From an uncultured virus (IMG/VR IMGVR_UViG_3300021256_000092) (taxonomy: Duplodnaviria > Heunggongvirae > Uroviricota > Caudoviricetes): a stretch of DNA of 64,000 nucleotides. Below the pieces are notes generated by a model. That model saw nothing but the letters and a program-made list of their open reading frames with translations. It was not told where the DNA came from and made no database searches. Below are positions 1 to 8,449 of the stretch, piece by piece. The stretch lies in the IMG/VR virus record IMGVR_UViG_3300021256_000092; one strand, written 5' to 3'. Made by a program: the position numbers and the translations under genes. Every line of letters begins with the position of its first letter. The first letter of the stretch is position 1.

Positions 1-54
1 CACCCCGGTGCGTCCTTCTCGTTTGCGGCGTTTTTGTTTGCCCTCATTGGTTGA
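1..54 (+). CDS. 3' end of DGR target gene containing the variable repeat (VR); probably a receptor-binding/tail protein
   Basis: Frame 1 reads HPGASFSFAAFLFALIG* (TGA 52-54). Nt 1-43 align to TR 685-727 with mismatches only at TR adenines. The gene starts upstream of the window. Confidence 0.85.
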   Translation, partial: HPGASFSFAAFLFALIG

Positions 55-63
55 CCCTAAACT

Positions 64-84
64 CCGACCCCTCCACGGGGTCGG
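64..84 (+). promoter_or_regulatory. DGR hairpin/cruciform downstream of VR
   Basis: CCGACCCC-TCCAC-GGGGTCGG perfect stem, plus an outer inverted pair GGTTGACC (49-56)/GGTCAACC (83-90). Typical position for a DGR target-recognition hairpin. Confidence 0.75.
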
Positions 85-125
85 TCAACCGCACCCTAAG
101 AAACATTTATAGGAGAATTATACTG

Positions 126-623
126 ATGCAACCAAAGTCAAAAAGGCCATTATCTGATGAAGAATTTTTCGACAGAGCAATAATTTTATGGAATAAAGTT
201 ACAGATGTACTTGAAGAAGGCTTTAGTGATAAGCTAAAATATAGGGTAGAAGTTGACGAAAGTGGAGTCGAGCAGTATGTAGAAAACGAAAACTTCTGGA
301 GAATAAAGCTGTTTCGTGAGAATATGGAAAATTGTATGAGTAGTATGGTTGCACACCTTACTCATGCAGATGTTATCTTTATCTCTGATAATCCCGCAAA
401 GGCGATTTATGAATATAATATCCGCCGAAAATATATGACAGATGCCATAGGGGATATAAAAACAGCTATACAGTTTATGCAACACGAAATGAAAAGAAAC
501 ATAAAATATGCTAAAAGATTTCGTGCACTCATTAAGGACTTAAAAGCAGAAATAGAGTCCATTAAAAATTGGAGACAGTATGATAACTCCATTCTAAACA
601 AAGTAATGGGGTATAATCATTAG
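126..623 (+). CDS. avd: DGR accessory variability determinant (Avd-like helical protein)
   Basis: ATG at 126 after AGGAGA; basic helical protein ending ...IKNWRQYD; lies between VR and TR/RT. Confidence 0.7.
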   Translation: MQPKSKRPLSDEEFFDRAIILWNKVTDVLEEGFSDKLKYRVEVDESGVEQYVENENFWRIKLFRENMENCMSSMVAHLTHADVIFISDNPAKAIYEYNIRRKYMTDAIGDIKTAIQFMQHEMKRNIKYAKRFRALIKDLKAEIESIKNWRQYDNSILNKVMGYNH

Positions 624-625
624 GT

Positions 626-727
626 TTACGTCTGATGCTAGCGCTACGAACTTCTCGAATTGGAACAACAATGGCAATGTCAACAACAACAGTGCGTCCA
701 ACTCGAATGCGGCGTTTTTGATTACCA
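626..727 (+). mobile_element. DGR template repeat (TR)
   Basis: AAC/AAT-rich non-coding stretch (SDASATNFSNWNNNGNVNNNSASNSNAAFL if translated) whose 3' part matches VR 1-43. The 5' boundary is approximate. Confidence 0.9.
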
Positions 728-865
728 CACACCATATTTATAAGTTACGAACTTCAATGGTCAATGAGGCAAGGAGATGTAGACCTTTCCGGAAAGGATA
801 AATTTGCGGGGTGATGGTGTCTATTACGATAGGTACACCTATAAACACCCCGCCTTTTGTTTTAG

Positions 866-2053
866 ATGTCAGAACTTGAAGAGAAAGTATTTAATGAAGA
901 ATGTTTGGCTACTTCTTATTATGAAATTCGAGGAAATATTCACTACAAGAAAAGAGTTCAGACATACGGAATAAATCTTCTTGAAAATATAGATATAGAA
1001 ATGAGCAGATTTGAAAAGAATGGCGTTGAAGGAATAGTTCTTCACCCATTCTTTGAATTTGACATTTCAGAAAGAGGTAAGAACAGACATATTATGTCTG
1101 TTGACTTTAGGGATAGAGTTCCTGTTCATGCTTTAGTTAAGAATGTACTTTCTCCCGAACTTCGGAAATTTATAATATATGATAATTGTGCTTCATTAAA
1201 AGGGCGTGGTGTTGATATGCAGAGAAACCGCCTAAAAGTTCATTTAATGAAGTACTACAGAACTTATGGAACCAATGAGGGCTACATACTCATTGGAGAT
1301 TTCAGTAAGTTCTTTGATAACCTAGACCATGAATTAATACTCGAGGAACTACATAAGCATTTTGATGATGAGACAGTAGCTTATGTGGCGAAGCTTTTAG
1401 ACCAGTTTAAGGTTGACGTTTCCTTTCTATCTGATGAAGAATATGAAGAAAACAAGGATGCTCTGTATAATTCTTTAGAGTATTATCTTAGTGTTCCTAA
1501 AGAACTTCGTACAGGAAAGAAGTTCTATCGTAAAAGTGTTGGGATAGGTAGTGAGTTATCTCAAATCTTGGGTATTTTCCACCCGACTCCCATTGATAAT
1601 TTCTGTAAAATAGTAAGACAGTGTAAATTCTATGGCAGATATATGGATGATTTTTATGCCATTCATAGGAGCAGGAAATTTTTATTAGATTTGCTTGAAG
1701 GTATAAAGAAAATCGCGGAAAAGCTGAAATTACACCTTAATTTAAAGAAAACGAGGATAGTTAAATTAACAAGGCAGTTTATCTTTTTAAAAATTCGTTA
1801 TAAACTATTTAAAAGTGGTAAAGTATTAATGAGATTAACTTCTGATACATTTCATAGAGAACATCGGAAACTGAAAAAGTTGTATAAAAAGATGAAATTA
1901 GATATAATTCCTTATAAAGATATTGAAAATCAGTTCAAGTCATGGAGAGGGAATGCATCAAAGTACCATAACCACAAAGCTGTCAGAAGCCTTGAAAGGA
2001 TTTTCAACCAAATATTTACATGCTCTCAAGAAGGAGGAGAATATGGATTTTAA
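866..2053 (+). CDS. DGR reverse transcriptase
   Basis: FRDRV, GDFSKFFD, GIGSELSQ (GxxxSQ) and YGRYMDDF motifs; 395 aa with no maturase/endonuclease tail; adjacent TR and avd. Confidence 0.95.
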   Translation: MSELEEKVFNEECLATSYYEIRGNIHYKKRVQTYGINLLENIDIEMSRFEKNGVEGIVLHPFFEFDISERGKNRHIMSVDFRDRVPVHALVKNVLSPELRKFIIYDNCASLKGRGVDMQRNRLKVHLMKYYRTYGTNEGYILIGDFSKFFDNLDHELILEELHKHFDDETVAYVAKLLDQFKVDVSFLSDEEYEENKDALYNSLEYYLSVPKELRTGKKFYRKSVGIGSELSQILGIFHPTPIDNFCKIVRQCKFYGRYMDDFYAIHRSRKFLLDLLEGIKKIAEKLKLHLNLKKTRIVKLTRQFIFLKIRYKLFKSGKVLMRLTSDTFHREHRKLKKLYKKMKLDIIPYKDIENQFKSWRGNASKYHNHKAVRSLERIFNQIFTCSQEGGEYGF

Positions 2054-2441
2054 AAGTTTCAACATAACTTTTGCTGATGGAACTTCCATTTCCGCGATTC
2101 TTAATGGCAACACTTATTTCACTACTGAAATAAAGCCCGAAGACATTACTGCGGATAAACTTTCAAAAGTAACCATTGACGGAGTTGAACAGACAAATCT
2201 TGTGTGCAGAAATGCTTGGGAAGATGATGGATTCACTAAGTTTATCCTCTCAGAAAAAACCAATAAGGAAATTCTGAGAGAGGAAGCAGACGAGAAGGAG
2301 AGGGATTCTGAGAATGCTATTGCAGAAATCACATCACTTCTTGTGGCTTCCAAGGAAGAGAATCGTGAACTAAGAAACAAACTTGCGGAAAATGATGATG
2401 CACTTGCAGAACTTTCCGAAATCATGGCTACTTTAGTGTAA
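2043..2441 (+). CDS. Hypothetical protein with C-terminal coiled coil (tail-fibre-associated type)
   Basis: ATG 2043 after GGAGGAG; sits upstream of the small XkdX-like gene. Confidence 0.55.
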   Translation: MDFKSFNITFADGTSISAILNGNTYFTTEIKPEDITADKLSKVTIDGVEQTNLVCRNAWEDDGFTKFILSEKTNKEILREEADEKERDSENAIAEITSLLVASKEENRELRNKLAENDDALAELSEIMATLV

Positions 2442-2454
2442 GGAGGAATACACA

Positions 2455-2595
2455 ATGACATTCACAGAAAATTCAGGACTTGTAAAAGTTTGGGTAAGAA
2501 GAATTGAGCGTGGTGATGCGACCCTTGAAGATGTCCCTAATCTCTTCAACCTCAGAGAAGTTGTAGAGGAAGTTCTCGGTAAGAAAAATGCGTAA
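2455..2595 (+). CDS. Small 46-aa CD1375/XkdX-like protein (not in ORF track)
   Basis: AAGGAGG RBS; MTFTENSGLVKVWVRRIERGDATLEDVPNLFNLREVVEEVLGKKNA. Confidence 0.65.
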   Translation: MTFTENSGLVKVWVRRIERGDATLEDVPNLFNLREVVEEVLGKKNA

Positions 2596-2648
2596 CCTCT
2601 ATGTAATGGGTGTAAAACATATTTATTGTAGTATTTAAGGAGGCTTAT

Positions 2649-2915
2649 ATGGAAACACCTAAAGATGTCCCATGGCTTGCACATGAGGGAATTGTTGCTA
2701 GACAGGAAAGAACCATTAGAAGACTTTGGATTCTCTGTATACTGATACTAATTTTATTTGTTGGGTCTAATATCTTGTGGATTTGTTATGAAGCTCAGTA
2801 TCAAACAAGTGTCGTTACACAGGAAGTAACCCAAGACTCTTCTAATGGTTCAAATACATTTGTTGGCGGTGATTATAATGGCGAAACAGAAAGTAAAGAC
2901 TACTCTGAAAACTAG
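2649..2915 (+). CDS. Small membrane protein
   Basis: AGGAGG RBS; one hydrophobic segment (LWILCILILILFVGSNILWI). Confidence 0.65.
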   Translation: METPKDVPWLAHEGIVARQERTIRRLWILCILILILFVGSNILWICYEAQYQTSVVTQEVTQDSSNGSNTFVGGDYNGETESKDYSEN

Positions 2916-3015
2916 AGTAAAGAAAGACGGTACTCCTAACAAAAGCGGCTATATGCTGTGCAATGTTTGTAAGGGAAGCGGAATGCAGAAAGTACCTAGC
3001 AGAAAAAAGAAATGA
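2878..3015 (+). CDS. Small basic protein with CxxCxGxG motif (45 aa, not in ORF track)
   Basis: MAKQKVKTTLKTRVKKDGTPNKSGYMLCNVCKGSGMQKVPSRKKK; stop overlaps the next start (ATGA). Confidence 0.55.
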   Translation: MAKQKVKTTLKTRVKKDGTPNKSGYMLCNVCKGSGMQKVPSRKKK

Positions 3016-3224
3016 AGCACTCATTTGATGACATACCAACATCTGAACTTTCTAGGCTGATTGATGAGTGGATACATAACAGTACCTACAGAGAAATTCT
3101 TAAATCCCGATTTTTAGAGGGAATGACCTTTGAAGAGTTGGCGCAGAAGTATGACTATTCAGTTAGACATACGAAACACATAGTCTATAAGTATGGAGAC
3201 TATATCCTGTTGAAAATCAAATAG
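3012..3224 (+). CDS. Sigma-70 region-4-like HTH protein
   Basis: REILKSRFLEGMTFEELAQKYDYSVRHTK. Confidence 0.7.
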   Translation: MKHSFDDIPTSELSRLIDEWIHNSTYREILKSRFLEGMTFEELAQKYDYSVRHTKHIVYKYGDYILLKIK

Positions 3225-3243
3225 CACTTTTTAAGCACGTTTT

Positions 3244-3277
3244 AAGCACTTCTAATTCATTTTAGAGGTGCTTTTTT
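3244..3277 (+). terminator. Rho-independent terminator-like hairpin
   Basis: AAGCACTTCTAA...TTAGAGGTGCTT followed by a T run. Confidence 0.55.
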
Positions 3278-3314
3278 GTTGCTAAAATTTCAATCAGAAA
3301 GAGGTGAGAGAGAG

Positions 3315-3713
3315 ATGTATGGTAATCAGTTTAACCCCTACAACAATATGCAGAATGCTCTAAATTTTCAGAATTTTGGTCAGCAAAATAACATGCAAAG
3401 ACAGGAAGTCGTTAGAGTAAGTGGAAGAAACGGAGCAGAAGCATATCAGATGGCCCCAAACTCAAGCGCCTTGCTATTGGATGACAGTTCTCCTATCGTG
3501 TGGCTCAAAACTACAGATGGTGCGGGGTATCCTACTCTCACCCCTTATTCTATTACTCCCTATAAACCCGAACCTGAGGTCGATGTAAAATCCCTTGAAG
3601 CGAGAATCGCAAAGTTAGAGGAGATGTTCAATGCTAAACCCAATTTTACAGAATCCGGCGCTCCAACAGAGTCTAGGAAAAATGATGCAAAACAGCAACA
3701 TAGGTCAAATTAA
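3315..3713 (+). CDS. Conserved hypothetical protein (Q/N-rich N-terminus)
   Basis: GAGGTG RBS; first gene of the 3315-5893 block. Confidence 0.6.
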   Translation: MYGNQFNPYNNMQNALNFQNFGQQNNMQRQEVVRVSGRNGAEAYQMAPNSSALLLDDSSPIVWLKTTDGAGYPTLTPYSITPYKPEPEVDVKSLEARIAKLEEMFNAKPNFTESGAPTESRKNDAKQQHRSN

Positions 3714-3906
3714 ATCTATGATGAGCATGGTGCGAAACTCGGGAAATCCACAAGCTATGATGCAGTCTTTAATGAGTCAAAATCCGCAAATGAAACAAAT
3801 TGTAGATATGGTAAATCAGAGTGGTGGAGACCCACAAAAACTTTTCTATGAAGAAGCAAGGAAGAGAGGGGTAGACCCTAATCAGATTTTGGATATGTTC
3901 AAGTAA
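3631..3906 (+). CDS. M/Q/N-rich hypothetical protein (STI1-like NPQ repeats)
   Basis: GAGGAG RBS; NPQAMMQSLMSQNPQM. Confidence 0.6.
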   Translation: MLNPILQNPALQQSLGKMMQNSNIGQIKSMMSMVRNSGNPQAMMQSLMSQNPQMKQIVDMVNQSGGDPQKLFYEEARKRGVDPNQILDMFK

Positions 3907-3954
3907 AAGCTATGCGCAAAGCTAAATATATAAATATGAAAAGGAGAAATCACT

Positions 3955-4614
3955 ATGGATGGTACTACTTCGGGATTATCCGCAACTGACATGGCTCTAC
4001 TGAGTAATAACGGTATGGGTGGCATGGGTGGAAGTTTGATGTGGATTTTCTGCTTGTTCATTCTGTTCTTCGGCTTCGGTGGAAATGGCTTCGGTGCTAA
4101 TTCTGCCGTGAATGCACAGGGCGGTTATGTAACAAATGCTCAGATGAATAATGCCTTACAGTTCGAGTCCTTGCAGACAGGGAACAAAGACATTCTCGGA
4201 GCAATTCAGCAGAACACCTATGACACTGTAAATGCCCTTAAGGATTCAGAACTGAGACTACAGAACAACCTCGCGGCTGTTCAGAATATGGAAACTTCCA
4301 TAAATGACCAAATGCAGAGTTGTTGCTGTAACATTCTGAGGGGAATTGATAGCGTAAATGCCAATACTGCACAGGGTATTGCACAGCTTGGCTATCAGAA
4401 CGCCCTCAATACCGCAAGTATCAATGAGAATACTACGGCGCAGACTCAGAAGATTCTTGATGCAATTTCGGGCAACAGGATTGCAGACATGCAGAATCAG
4501 ATAAATCAGCTCCAGTTACAGAACGCTGTTGCGGGAGTTGTAAGATACCCACAGGCTTCTACTTACTATGCGGGAATGAACCCTTTCTGCGGATGTAATT
4601 GTGGAGGCATTTAA
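3955..4614 (+). CDS. Hypothetical protein with N-terminal hydrophobic segment, CCC motif and Cys-rich C-terminus
   Basis: AAGGAG RBS; Gly-rich TM segment, SCCCN, terminal CGCNCGG. Confidence 0.65.
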   Translation: MDGTTSGLSATDMALLSNNGMGGMGGSLMWIFCLFILFFGFGGNGFGANSAVNAQGGYVTNAQMNNALQFESLQTGNKDILGAIQQNTYDTVNALKDSELRLQNNLAAVQNMETSINDQMQSCCCNILRGIDSVNANTAQGIAQLGYQNALNTASINENTTAQTQKILDAISGNRIADMQNQINQLQLQNAVAGVVRYPQASTYYAGMNPFCGCNCGGI

Positions 4615-4701
4615 ACCCGAGCGAATTTAGTTCGCCACCATTAATAATGGGAGAGCGAGGAAACTTGCTCTCCCTTATTTTTATTTAGAAAGGATAAAGA
4701 T

Positions 4702-5127
4702 ATGATTGAGTGTTATTCAAAAGAAGTTGCGGTAGCAAATGGTGTTGATATACCACTTAACAATACTGCGCTTAAGAAAGGAACTACAGTTGAGAGAACA
4801 GGCGATTCTACTATTCAGTTTAATTCCTGCGGAATATATGCTGTTACTGTGAATGTGGATGCTGTTCCTAGTGAAGCCCCTGTTTCTCCCGCCACCACTT
4901 CGGAAGTAAGTATTCAGCTTTCAAAGAATGGTGTATTACAGCCACAGGCAGCGTCTTCAATCACACTTGAAGAGAACGCCAAAGGACATTTAGCCTTTAC
5001 TACACTTGTACAGGTTCCTGTCAATAATAGTAATTGCCCTTGCTCATCTCCGACAATCTGCACTATTCAGAATACAGGAGTTGCTTCAACATTTGATATA
5101 GATGTTGTGGTTACTAAGATAGTATGA
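4702..5127 (+). CDS. Beta-rich hypothetical protein (BclA-CTD/C1q-like?)
   Basis: AAGGA RBS; GIYAVTVNV...IQLSKNG pattern, CPCS. Confidence 0.5.
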   Translation: MIECYSKEVAVANGVDIPLNNTALKKGTTVERTGDSTIQFNSCGIYAVTVNVDAVPSEAPVSPATTSEVSIQLSKNGVLQPQAASSITLEENAKGHLAFTTLVQVPVNNSNCPCSSPTICTIQNTGVASTFDIDVVVTKIV

Positions 5128-5336
5128 GTAAGTACAATGACGACATGATTGGAGCAGTTTCTTATGTTAGCTTTCTAATCGGGCTTATGAACCTAGAAGA
5201 GAATCTTACGCAGGGAGATAAGCAAGATATACTTGAGAACCTTAACAGGGTTACTAATGATGCGATTGCGCGGGTAAAAGACCATTTAGACCGACAGGAT
5301 AAGAAACTTGATTATATTATGGAGAGACTAAAATGA
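5124..5336 (+). CDS. Hypothetical protein
   Basis: ATGA overlaps with both neighbours. Confidence 0.6.
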   Translation: MSKYNDDMIGAVSYVSFLIGLMNLEENLTQGDKQDILENLNRVTNDAIARVKDHLDRQDKKLDYIMERLK

Positions 5337-5893
5337 CAGTAGATGAGATTTTTAAGGCTTTAAATTCCCATGCTTTAGTAGGAATTATGTTCCATGATGA
5401 CCAGTGTAAATATTATGACTTCTTGAATTATCAAGGGTTTAAGAGACTCTCAGAATACCGATTCTATGATGAAATGAAAGGTTTTCATGAGTTGAACAAA
5501 CACTTTATGGATAGCCATAATAGACTTATTCAGAGCGAAAAAGTTACGCCCAAAACAGTGATACCTGCATCATGGTTCAATCACAAGAGATTTGATGTTG
5601 ACACCAACACAAAGAGAAATGCTGTGAAAGAGGGAATCACTAATTGGGCTATATGGGAAAGAGACACAAAAGAACTCTATCAGCAGATGTACAAGGAACT
5701 CGTTGAGATAGGAGAGATTGATGATGCCCTGTTTGTTTCTGAAATGATTAAAGATGTTAGTGAGGAACTAAAATGCGCCGAAAGAATGCACCTAAAGTTA
5801 GAGGGTTGCAACTATGACCTAGTGTACATAGAGGAGATTCAGCCCGAGATACATGATAAGTATAAAAAGAAGATGAAAAGTGTATTTGACTAA
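5333..5893 (+). CDS. Ferritin-like four-helix protein
   Basis: Helical pattern with GFKR...DEMKGFHE, WERDTKELY and DVSEE acidic/His clusters. Confidence 0.55.
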   Translation: MTVDEIFKALNSHALVGIMFHDDQCKYYDFLNYQGFKRLSEYRFYDEMKGFHELNKHFMDSHNRLIQSEKVTPKTVIPASWFNHKRFDVDTNTKRNAVKEGITNWAIWERDTKELYQQMYKELVEIGEIDDALFVSEMIKDVSEELKCAERMHLKLEGCNYDLVYIEEIQPEIHDKYKKKMKSVFD

Positions 5894-5914
5894 ATTTGTC
5901 ACATGAGTTATTAT
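5886..5914 (+). promoter_or_regulatory. SigmaA-type promoter
   Basis: TTGACT-17 nt-TATTAT. Confidence 0.55.
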
Positions 5915-5963
5915 AAATATGTGAGCTTTGGCTGATTTGCTCATGACAATAGGTCTCTGATTT

Positions 5964-5991
5964 AAGCCCCGCTTTTAATAGCGGGGTTTTT
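5964..5991 (+). terminator. Rho-independent terminator
   Basis: AAGCCCCGCT...AGCGGGGTTTTT. Confidence 0.7.
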
Positions 5992-6068
5992 GTTGTATAT
6001 GGGTATAAGAAATTTTTAGCTTGTGTTAAAATTAGAATTGAAATTCTGATGAAGAGAGGAACAGTATA

Positions 6069-6497
6069 ATGACAGTTACTATAACATGGGCTACATTCAT
6101 TGCTTTCTGTGCGGGGATAATTACGATAAGTGGGGCTATTGCTGTGATAATCAAGGCAATAAATGCAGTAAGAGAGCCAAAAATCTCACAGGATAAGAAG
6201 ATAAATGAAATATCGGAGATGTTAGAGAAGCATACCGAATATTTAGATAATGATAATAAAAGATTTCAGAACAATGAACGCAGACTACTAACTTTAGAGA
6301 GTCAGGCTGAGAGATTTCAGAGCTTTATCATGGAAGATACTAAGCGCTCAGAGACAACGAGCGGAAGTATAAGAATTTTATTAAACTGTATATCAGCAAT
6401 GATGCTACGAGAACTCAAGGGAGAAGATGATAATAATAAGCTCCAACAGGAATACAATAAACTCATGGCATTCCTTACTGATAACAAGACAAATTAA
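6069..6497 (+). CDS. Membrane/coiled-coil lysis-module protein (XhlA-like)
   Basis: N-terminal TM helix then coiled coil; directly upstream of holin and endolysin. Confidence 0.55.
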   Translation: MTVTITWATFIAFCAGIITISGAIAVIIKAINAVREPKISQDKKINEISEMLEKHTEYLDNDNKRFQNNERRLLTLESQAERFQSFIMEDTKRSETTSGSIRILLNCISAMMLRELKGEDDNNKLQQEYNKLMAFLTDNKTN

Positions 6498-6511
6498 CAA
6501 GGAGGTTACTT

Positions 6512-6769
6512 ATGAAATCTAATGAAACTGAAAAAGAGCATCTCAAACATGTACTGAAAGCGGCTTCAATAAGAGCAATCAGAACAGTTGCTCAGACCTT
6601 TTTAGCTTCTGTGGGAACAGCTACAGTGTTACAGGATGTAAACTGGGCTTACATTGCTTCCGCTTCTGCCCTTGCGGGTCTTTGTTCCATTGCTTCATCT
6701 ATTCTTCTCGGACTTCCCGAAGTTCCCGAGTGCTGTCACAATGACATTCTTGATGGAGATAAGAAGTGA
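6512..6769 (+). CDS. Holin (r1t/Dp-1 type)
   Basis: RAIRTVAQT...VNW...SASALAG...GLPEV signature. Confidence 0.85.
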   Translation: MKSNETEKEHLKHVLKAASIRAIRTVAQTFLASVGTATVLQDVNWAYIASASALAGLCSIASSILLGLPEVPECCHNDILDGDKK

Positions 6770-7977
6770 CTACAAGTGATGCGGGCATAAAATTCATTAT
6801 CAAGCAAGAGGGATGTGTTCTGCATACCTATTATGATGCTGTCAAAGTGCCAACAATAGGTGTGGGGAACACTAGCCACGCTCTTCCATGGAGAGAAATC
6901 ACACAGGAAGAAGCTGATAATTATTTAAGAGAAGACCTTAAATGGTGCGAAAAAGTAGTAAACAGCTATGCTAACAAGTATGGCGGGTGGACTCAGAATG
7001 AATTTGATGCCTTAGTGAGCTATGTATTTAATGTAGGTCAGATGGACGGTCTGACAGCAAAAGGAACAAGAACAAGAAAAGAAATCGCAGAAGATTGGTT
7101 GAAGCATAATAAAGCAAAAGGAAAAGTTTTAGAAGTATTAACGGTGAGAAGAAAGAAAGAACTTGAACTCTTTCTCAGAAAGGAAACAGACATGAAAGAA
7201 TCCGAAATTGTTATTTGCGGTCATGGTAGTGGTACTCCGTCCTTAAAAAATATGTACACATATTTACAGAGCAGATACAATCAGAAAGCAAACAATGGAG
7301 TAAGAAAAGGGCTTGTAGCTGTTGTAAGATTCAGAAAATTCGATGATGAGGGAAGAAAGAGATTCCATGACTATTATAAGTCTATTTTAGGCAGAAATAA
7401 GTATAGTCAGAATTTGAGAGTCTTTGTGTACCATCCATACGAAAATGGAAGGTATTATTCTGACTGCTCTTCCTCGGGAATTTTTACTATCAAAGAAGAA
7501 GGCTATAAAGTTCCCGACTACAACACAGAAGCCATGTATAAAGATGCCATCAGAGAGGATGAAGACAGATATTTTGACCTTGTAGATGTAAAAATCGTCA
7601 ACGGTCATGTTATGAATCCCGAAGTCCTCAAAGTAGGAGATGCACTTCTTTTTGCGGGAAATGACCCGAAAAGAGAGAAGCAGATAGGTCATGTTGAGTA
7701 CATTTTCGAGCTTCCCACACCAAACTATGACCTCGGTTGGCATCTTGACAGTGTAGGTTGGTGGTATGCAGATACACCTACAACATACTTCAAGAACTGT
7801 TGGCAGTTGATAAACCATCATTGGTACTACTTTAAAGATAGTGGCTATATCGCTACTGAATGGAGAAAGATAAATGAGAAGTGGTACTATTTTGAGCCTA
7901 GTGGAGACCTTATGGGAGCGCTCTACCATGAGTCAGATGCTAGAGATGGTTCACTTGAGATTTGGTACGTTGACTAA
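6766..7977 (+). CDS. Modular endolysin: GH24 lysozyme + NlpC/P60-like peptidase + choline-binding-type repeats
   Basis: QEG..YYDAVKVPTIGVG; SDCSS...GHVE; WQLINHHWYYF/WRKINEKWYYF repeats. Confidence 0.85.
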   Translation: MTTSDAGIKFIIKQEGCVLHTYYDAVKVPTIGVGNTSHALPWREITQEEADNYLREDLKWCEKVVNSYANKYGGWTQNEFDALVSYVFNVGQMDGLTAKGTRTRKEIAEDWLKHNKAKGKVLEVLTVRRKKELELFLRKETDMKESEIVICGHGSGTPSLKNMYTYLQSRYNQKANNGVRKGLVAVVRFRKFDDEGRKRFHDYYKSILGRNKYSQNLRVFVYHPYENGRYYSDCSSSGIFTIKEEGYKVPDYNTEAMYKDAIREDEDRYFDLVDVKIVNGHVMNPEVLKVGDALLFAGNDPKREKQIGHVEYIFELPTPNYDLGWHLDSVGWWYADTPTTYFKNCWQLINHHWYYFKDSGYIATEWRKINEKWYYFEPSGDLMGALYHESDARDGSLEIWYVD

Positions 7978-8034
7978 TTTTTAGCGCCGAATTAAAATAA
8001 TCATAGTTTTAAATTTTATAAGGAGGAAAAAGTT

Positions 8035-8202
8035 ATGCCCGAAGAGAACAGAATCAATGCTGATAAAGGTACACCCGATTTCATTGCACCGAAGACAAAG
8101 ACAGAAGCAGAGTTTCCCGCAGTAGGCAAAGAGCCTAAGACAGAATCAGAGCATGGTGTAGTGCCCGATGGAAAAGGCGGAGCTGTAAAAGCTGAGAAGT
8201 AA
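8035..8202 (+). CDS. 55-aa hypothetical protein (not in ORF track)
   Basis: AAGGAGG RBS, ATG 8035, TAA 8200-8202, then a terminator hairpin at 8232-8262. Confidence 0.6.
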   Translation: MPEENRINADKGTPDFIAPKTKTEAEFPAVGKEPKTESEHGVVPDGKGGAVKAEK

Positions 8203-8261
8203 GCAGTTCAATAATTTAATATTGTATGAAGAAAAGCCTCGAAGTTTAGCTTCGGGGCTTT

Positions 8262-8380
8262 CCTTATACCTTTAGGTATAAGGATATAATATATTATTAT
8301 ATATTATTTATTATATATATATTATATAAATATATTTAGTATTAGGTAGCTAATGCGCCAAGGGCAGAATTTTTGGACTG
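8262..8380. repeat. Dispersed element copy 1: palindrome + AT tract + TAGGTAGCTAA box
   Basis: CCTTATACCT-TT-AGGTATAAGG then ~55 nt of pure A/T; related copies at 34503 and 41581. Confidence 0.75.
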
Positions 8381-8449
8381 TTTTGACCTTTTTATTAATC
8401 TATGCTAAACTCCATTTTGTTGTTTAATGATACAGAAAGGAGAGCCAAA

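Noticed and set aside
866..2053. Group II intron or retron RT
   Set aside because: The TR/VR pair with A-specific changes, avd and the GxxxSQ motif indicate a DGR; no intron domain V or msr/msd seen.
8035..8202. Fifth NAxA-leader protein (RINADK)
   Set aside because: Lacks the Ala at -1 and the preceding hydrophobic residues.
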